A DNA stretch of 64,000 bases. Origin: Octopus sinensis. Taxonomy: Eukaryota. The number at the start of each line of letters is the position of its first letter. Positions within the stretch are counted from its first letter, which is position 1. This document shows positions 55,936 to 64,000 of this stretch, one piece after another. The notes under the pieces were generated by a model. It had not been told where the DNA came from, ran no database searches, and worked only from the letters and a program-made list of their open reading frames with translations. The stretch spans positions 72,354,001 to 72,418,000 of the forward strand of contig NC_043002.1 in NCBI RefSeq assembly GCF_006345805.1, written 5' to 3'. The translations under genes were made by a program, and so were the position numbers.

Positions 55936-57082
55936 TCAATGTTGTTGCTGTTTGCTGTTGTTGTTGTTATTGTTGTTATTATTATTATTTTTATTATTAT
56001 TATTATTATTATACAAATAATGTAAATAATGCACACAATTCTTCATCTCTTAAATATAGAACTGTCAAAAATACATTTTGATACTATTTCAACACTAACT
56101 GTATTTGTCATCTTATATTTTGTATTGTTGTCTGTTACATTTTTGTATTATCATTTATTTTATGTTTATTAGTGAAGGTGCATGGCTTAGTGGTTAAAGC
56201 GTAGAGCTTACGATCGTGAGGTTATGAGTTCGATTCCCGGACCGAGCTGTGTTGTGTTGTGTTCTTGAGCAACACACTTTATTTCACGTTGCTCCAGTTA
56301 ACTCATCTGTAGAAATGAGTTGCGACGTCACTAGTGCCAAGCTGCATCGGCCTTTGCCTTTCCCGTAGATAACATCAGTGGTGTGGAGAGAGGAGGCTGG
56401 TATGCATGGGCGACTGCTGGCTTTCACAAACAATCTTGCCCTGACTTGTGCACGGAGGGTAACTTTCTAGGTGCAATCCCATAGTCATTCCTGACCGAAG
56501 GGGGGGGCTCCTCACAGATGAATATGTACGTACATATATGCATCATATCTCATATATATATATATATAATATATATATATGTGCGAGATAAGATTCCAAC
56601 AACAGTGAGTATTCACCTGTACATTAAATATGTGGTTTCCATTTTAAAATCTTACAAACGATGATTCCAGGAAATTTTAATTAATCAGCATATTCTATTC
56701 CGCTATCGTCACATTCAAGCAACGCTAATGAATCCAAGGAAATCTGTTTCTGATAACAATGAGAGTTGTACTTACTTTCACAGGCAAAAGGTTATTTAAA
56801 AATTCATTGTTTCGGCTGATTGTAGATTGCTTTATTCGTGTCTAAAAGATATGCGTTTTCCGCATATTGAATAAAATTCAGATTATTTCGACGCTCTGGT
56901 TATGTCGGTCATATAAATAATAAAAGTGTCCATAGAATAGAACCTTGATCAATACCTATGGAGATAGATAGATAGGTAGATGAAATAACATTTTACCATT
57001 GTATACAGCATATTCATATCGACTAGTGAGGTAACTGTGGAACATGTGTTCTATAATGAAATAAGACACTGACTCTGAAAAG

Positions 57083-57083
57083 C

Positions 57084-57146
<63 letters not shown>

Positions 57147-57149
57147 GAG

Positions 57150-57227
<78 letters not shown>

Positions 57228-57249
57228 ACAAACATACAAACAAGCAGGC

Positions 57250-57318
<69 letters not shown>

Positions 57319-57345
57319 CTTAAACAAACATACAAACAAGCAGGC

Positions 57346-57429
<84 letters not shown>

Positions 57430-57451
57430 ACAAACATACAAACAAGCAGGC

Positions 57452-57508
<57 letters not shown>

Positions 57509-57535
57509 CTTAAACAAACATACAAACAAGCAGGC

Positions 57536-57600
<65 letters not shown>
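57083..57600. repeat. higher-order compound satellite
   Basis: TTAAACAAACATACAAACAAGCAGGCA x4, separated alternately by (GATA)n(GA)n and (GATA)n. Confidence 0.9.
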
Positions 57601-57937
57601 AACAGTCAAACAGTCAAACAGACAGACTGATAGACAGACAGGTAGACAGACAGATAGATCGAAAGATAGATAGGTAGTAAAACAGAAGGGCTCATTTAAA
57701 TTAAATCAAGGCAAAACAAAGGTGTATTAGCTGAAGAAGTGGAACCTTATGAAAACACAAACTTACATGTTACATGATGCTGCGTATTGTTACATGTAAT
57801 GTTATATAATCTATCCGTGTTCTACATAAAATTCGCAGCGAAAACATGTGTAGTCATACACAAAATACCCATCCGTTTCATATTTACATTCACACACATA
57901 TATATATATTCTGTAAATTTATACACACACACACACA

Positions 57938-57968
<31 letters not shown>

Positions 57969-58793
57969 CACCACACATATATATATATATATTCTATAAA
58001 TAATCTTTTCTACTGTAAGCACAACTGGTACTTAATTTATCGATCTCGGCGGAATTTGAACTCAGAACGTAAAGACAGACGAGATACCTATTTCTTTACT
58101 ACCGACAAGGGGCTAAACACAGAGAAGACAAACAAGGACAGACAAACGGATTAAGTCGATTACATAGACCCCAGTGCGTAACTGGTACTTAATTTATCGA
58201 CCCGGATAAGGATGAAAGGCAAAGTCGACCTCGGCGGAATTTGGACTCATAACGTAGCGGCAGAGGAAAAACCTGTTTCTTTACTATCCACAAGGGGCTA
58301 AACACAGAGGGGTCAAACAAGGACAGACAAACGGATTAAGTCGATTATATCGACCCTAGTGCGTAATTGGTACTTATTTAATCAACTCCGAAAGGATGAA
58401 AGGCACAGTCGACCTCGACGGAATTTGAACTCAGAACGTAGCGGCTGACGAAATACTGCTAAGCATTTCGCCCGGCGTGCAAACGCTTCTGCCAGTTCGC
58501 CGCCTTATATTCTGTAAATAATAGCAATAATATTTTTATAAGCTTATAAGCGATCACCGAGCATAAGATTTAAGCTTATAAAAATATTATTGTTATTTAC
58601 AGAATTGTAAAAAAATCGACGCTTCTTACCAAAGACCGTCGCATATGTGTGTGTGTGTGTGTGTGTTGTGTGTGGTGTGTGTGTGTGTGTAATATTTAAT
58701 TTTAAAAAAATTATGTTATTTTAAATTCGTCTTCCACACACTCTCACCGACCTATATCCATATCTACTGTATGCACACACACACACACACACA

Positions 58794-58826
<33 letters not shown>

Positions 58827-60191
58827 ATGCTACTAACTTGCTCGCCTCACTCGCTCACACATACATCACTCACATAAATACAAAAACACAGAGGCACCAA
58901 ACACCAACATACACACACACAGATACACACTCACTCACGCACACACACACATACACTCACAAGCCATTTTCACACACACACATATATATATATATATGTA
59001 TGTATGTATGTATGTATACTTATACTTTTCTGATTTCTATGTTTGCTCAAGAATACCACATGCCGCTCAGTCCAGGAATCGAAACCATGACCTTGCGAGC
59101 GTGAGTTCAACAACCTTGTGGCTAGGCCACGGCCTTCATTTTGTGTATGAGAAACGTAATATTAATTTCAAAATTTTATGCCAGAAAGGCAACTTTGGAG
59201 CGGGGAGGGATTAAATAGATTACATCGAGCCCAGTGCGTAACTGGTACTTATTTAATCGGCCCTAAAAGACTGAAAGGCAAAGTCGACCTCGGCGGAATT
59301 TGAACTCAGACGAAATACCGCTAAGCATTTCGCCCGGCGTGCTAACGATTCTGCCAGCTCACCGCCTTTATGAGAAACATATTATTGGTTTCGAATTTTA
59401 GCTTAAAGTCCAACAATTTGGGGATAAATCGAATACATCGACCTAGTGTTCAACTGCTAAGTCAACCTCGGCAGGTTTTGAATTAAGAACGTGAAGACGG
59501 ACGAACTGCCGCTAAGTGTTTTGCTTAGCATGCTAACGATCCTGCCAGCTCGCCGCCCTATAAGGAGCATAATATTTTGGAAGGAAAGAGAGTGAATATA
59601 CTCGATAGATTAAACGAGAATTTCCTGACAAAGTAGAGTCCAAATTCTGATTTCAATACTTGATAAACCCGTTGCCATTCAGTTATGTCTCTGATGTTTT
59701 TGGAAACATGTATGGAGAGAGACAACTTCCTGTTTCTTTTCCACAAAAAGTACAAATTTTTTCGTAACTTATTAAAATATACCGATACTGCGAGAATGAA
59801 ATCAAACCCAATAAATTCCTTTGCCGGGATGAAAATAAGACTATTGGAAACAACGATGTGTTACAAAGGGGCGCGGACGAGAGAGAACAATCGATTATAT
59901 CGACCTCGGTAGTTGACTTGTACTTATGTTATTAAACCCCAGAAGGATGAAAGGCAAATTCGACATCTGAGGGATGTAACTATTGTATAAGGAAAACTAT
60001 TTCACATACAATTCTTTCGTGATTTTTAGGTCTTATTTGTAAAAGACTTTACTCGAGATTCAGTTCGGTGGATTTGTCGATTTTCTTTTTTCAAAATCCA
60101 TGGAATGTTTCGTTTCTTCTTTTTATCTGAATTCCAATAAAGGAACTTTCGTTTTTGTTTAGAAACCGCCCGTTTCTTTATAAAAAGAATG

Positions 60192-60249
<58 letters not shown>

Positions 60250-60265
60250 ATATATAATACATACA

Positions 60266-60341
<76 letters not shown>

Positions 60342-60343
<2 letters not shown>

Positions 60344-60950
60344 TAAACAGTAAAAATAATTACAGACATGGACAAGAACATGAAACACCACAGAGACGAC
60401 ACAAGAACCACAGGACGGGACATTCGAAGCCCTCAGTCATCAGTCAAGAACCAGATCATCTTAGCAATTTCGGCTGATTAATCTTGAGATTGCTCCGATA
60501 TGGGCAGCCCGCCAAGGGAAATCTAAGCCAAGCGCATTAGATCCCCTGGAAGAAAGCTTCGAATGTATACAACACGAGGACGGAAAACGAACGAAGTACA
60601 CGAACAAAAATACAGAATACGTGACACCAATAAGAATACAAAAACGTAAAAACAATAACGGTAAAAATAAAAAACAAAACAAAACCAGGACGTAGGACAA
60701 GGGTCTTTCGACAGGACGAGTTGAGTATGGGGCTGGCTTGTGAAGTTGTGCCTAATGGCCGCAGGGAGACGAACAAATACGTGTTGCTTCGGCGACTGCT
60801 GGAACGAAAAGAGCGCTCAACAGCGGCTAGCGGTCACGTGAGAACAAAAGACAGGAGAAAGGGACAGATGGAAAGGGACAGATGAAAAGAGAGAGAAGGT
60901 GGACGAGGGAGGAGAAGAAAGAGACAGATCGAGGGGGCTGGAGGTGAGAG
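60342..60950 (-). mobile_element. (TA)n-embedded non-autonomous element with a structured RNA domain (60420-60566)
   Basis: Flanked by (TA)n; 11-bp closing stem plus internal helices and the hammerhead core strands. Confidence 0.6.
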
Positions 60951-62351
60951 AGATATATATATATATACATATATATTATATAAACATATGTATACACGCA
61001 GAGAGACACTTTCACATACACACATACACAAAGTAACATTTGTATTCCGTTCCGTGTATGATGGCTCCGCATCGAAATTGCTACTGAGATGGGTCACTGT
61101 TGTTGATATTTTAGTCCTCGTGTCAGACCACTTGGAGTCATCCTATAATTTAAGGCGTTCCAACCATGACCAACCGTTTTTTTTGTTTTTTTTTTTGTAT
61201 TTAGTGTTCAGACATCGAACACAACGTTATCTTTTCAAAAATTTAAGCATCATTTTCCCTGCGGCTATATTTAAGCTCTTCTTTAGCTTCTTCCAGATGT
61301 TTTTGTATTGGTTCTTTCCCTTTCGTTCCATATTATACAAAGTAATGCCACGTGGGTGAAAAGAAGCTTGAACGTTCCTATTTCCAAGTTCTTCAGCTGC
61401 GCAATATCCTTCCAGTTGACCAGTTCATATTGGTGGACACTTCAGATTTCGAAAGGCCGATCAGTCTACTCTTTCTACTACTACTATATTTTTATAAGGA
61501 AAGCAGTGCCCAAGGTCCCTTAAGAGGACATTCGAGACTAGATGGAGAAGAGGGAACCCTTAAACGGGAAACCTAGCTCGAATGCTTGCAATCGAATGGA
61601 TTCCATTAGAGCGGGTAGTGGTGTTAAACAGGGCGACGGACAACGTGTACCACCCAACAAGGCCAAGGAGTCTGAACAAAAACTGATTAAATTTGATCCG
61701 ACGTTCTAACAACTCCATCAACCAACCACCATAAGTTGGTATATCGTTATCGAATTGAGCCTGAAAGGATGTAAAGCAAGAAAGAAAAATGAAAAGAAAC
61801 ACGAGACTTGAACTCAGAGTCTCTCTTCCCCTATATAAATATATATATATATAAGAAGTTTTAACCGACACTTTAACAACCCGGCTAATTCACCACCTCG
61901 TTTCAGGGCGATAAAGTAAATTTGATCTGCTATTTTAGTTCCCAAACTTAATAACTGCCGTGATGCATATGATTTTTATAGACAATATACAATTACATTT
62001 AGTTGTTTAATTGGAGTTCATGTTGTTATATTTCGCACCACTAAAATGTTGTAAATCTTTAAATACCAGTATCGGCAGATTAGCTGTAACGCTGTTTTCC
62101 TATCTTTTGTAATTAATCCGCTATTCTATAGACATTCTTGGCCCGACTCCAGATTCCAGATACTATATTTCTATTTTATAGCTACAGTAAAATAAATAAA
62201 TAAATAAATAAATAGATAAATAAATAAAGTTAAAAACTAAGGTGAAAGCTTTCAAAAATATATATATTAGATTAAGTAGTCTTGACGATTTAGATTGAAA
62301 ACCGAACTCTTTAAATGAATTAGGGATTTACTTCGAGATCGACCACTGGCT

Positions 62352-62457
<106 letters not shown>

Positions 62458-63563
62458 TCTGCTTATATGAATGATTTCTTGTAAAATACGTAAATTTCGT
62501 TTGAAAACATCGCTTTTTATATTTATTACTTTACTTCTACTAAAGCTTGTTCAGGAGCGGAAAAGACGTTTCTCAACCACTTTGCTTATAAATATTATGA
62601 AGACGAAATATAAACAAGATAAAGTTTGCAGGGGAGAATGTCAAACACCTCAACGCTGCGTGAATCCTGGTAATTGTAAATATTTGCCTTGTTTGTTTTT
62701 TCGATCATAGCTATTATTGTGTATAGTAATTTCAATTAAGGATATCAACTGTTTTTTTTATTTTTTTTTATTTTTGTCAAAGAATATACATATAGATACA
62801 TCTATTCATGAAACGCCATCAAATGGCCTTTTCTGACATGTAAATAATGTTTGCCTCCGACTAATCTCCCACCATGAGGTTCAATTTGAAATACGGTAGG
62901 CATGTTTTTATTTGAATACCAGTCTTTAAAGGATTGTTGAAACTGGTGTAATGAAGGGAATAGCTTCAAAAGGTAAGCCGCGTAGCTCTAACGAAACATT
63001 ATTTACGTCATTCTTGTACAACATATTTCCCAGAGCAAAACGTTCTCTTTAATCAACTTTATAACCGTGTGATGATATTCCTTTCTACTATTAGCACAAG
63101 ACCGGAAATTTTAGGGGAGTGAGGCGCGTCGATTACGTTGACCCCAGTGCTCAACTGGTATTTATTTCATCGATCCAGAAAGGATGAAAGGCAAAGTCGA
63201 TCTCAGGGGAATTTGAATTCAGAGCATAAATTCGGAAGAAATTCTACCAACGATTGCCTGCTAACGATTTTGCCAGCTCACCGCCTTCAACTGCATGATA
63301 ATACCGTTTTCTTCTGGCGAGAAGTCGGCCGAGCTGGCCGAATCATTAGAACACCGGGCAAAATACCTAACGGCATTTCGTCCGTCTTCATGTTCTGAGT
63401 TCAAATTCCACTGAGGTCGACGCTACCAAATCCACTCACAAGGCTTTGGTCGGCCTGAGGCTATAGTAGAAGACACCTGCCCAAGCTGCCACGCAATGGG
63501 ACTGAACCTGGAGCCATGTGGTTGGTAAGCAAGCTACTTACTACACAGCCACTCCTACGTTTA

Positions 63564-63656
<93 letters not shown>

Positions 63657-63877
63657 TAATAATATAAGGGTAGCAAAAAAAGTCTAGAAAAAATTCTCCG
63701 CTACCAGCGGTCTAGTGAGAAAGAAAAGATAGTCAAAGACTATATAATATACATTCAACAATATAAGGAATGGCCCTGATAAGCCATTCGACTCACTAGA
63801 AAGAGCAGCCAAACTCAAACCGCTAAATAGTTGTAATTCTGAAATTGAAAGAGAAATAAAAACGTTTACCCGTTTCA

Positions 63878-63971
63878 TCTCTGGACTATGCATAGTTTCG
63901 ACAAACCTTGTAAACAAATTAATTAAATTAAATTAAATTTATTTACAACTGGCGTGTCTCGTCAGCAGAGA
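63878..63971 (-). ncRNA. canonical type I hammerhead ribozyme in a Penelope-like element (63657 to window end)
   Basis: UCUCUG-CUGACGA-GACA..UUGUAAAUAAAUU/AAUUUGUUUACAA..UGUC-GAAAC-UAUGCAUA-GUC/CAGAGA; all core nucleotides and helices intact. Confidence 0.9.
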
Positions 63972-64000
63972 AGCCGAGGACGAGAATATGTCCACGAGGC

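Overview
AT-rich, microsatellite-saturated eukaryotic intergenic or intronic DNA. The SINE and LINE repertoire looks like an octopod cephalopod (Octopus-like); this is an inference. No intact host protein-coding gene is recognisable, and almost all listed ORFs are simple-repeat artefacts. The window holds many decayed DNA transposons: hAT/Buster, a Chapaev3 element with TIRs and TTA TSD, Tc1, mariner, maT DD37D, a piggyBac-type MITE with nested inserts and other MITEs. It also holds LINE remnants (Tx1/L1, RTE, R4/Dong), at least three tRNA-derived SINE families, fold-back repeats, and short microsatellite-embedded, probably Penelope-derived elements carrying hammerhead ribozymes (HHRs). The most notable observation is at four loci from three sequence-divergent families (7797, 9430, 25876, 60433). 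There the hammerhead core strands occur in an order (cleavage strand, then GAAA strand, then CUGAUGA strand) that is not one of the circular permutations I/II/III, with different but complementary helix sequences. This is a candidate pseudoknotted hammerhead topology. All structures were read by eye; nothing was computed.
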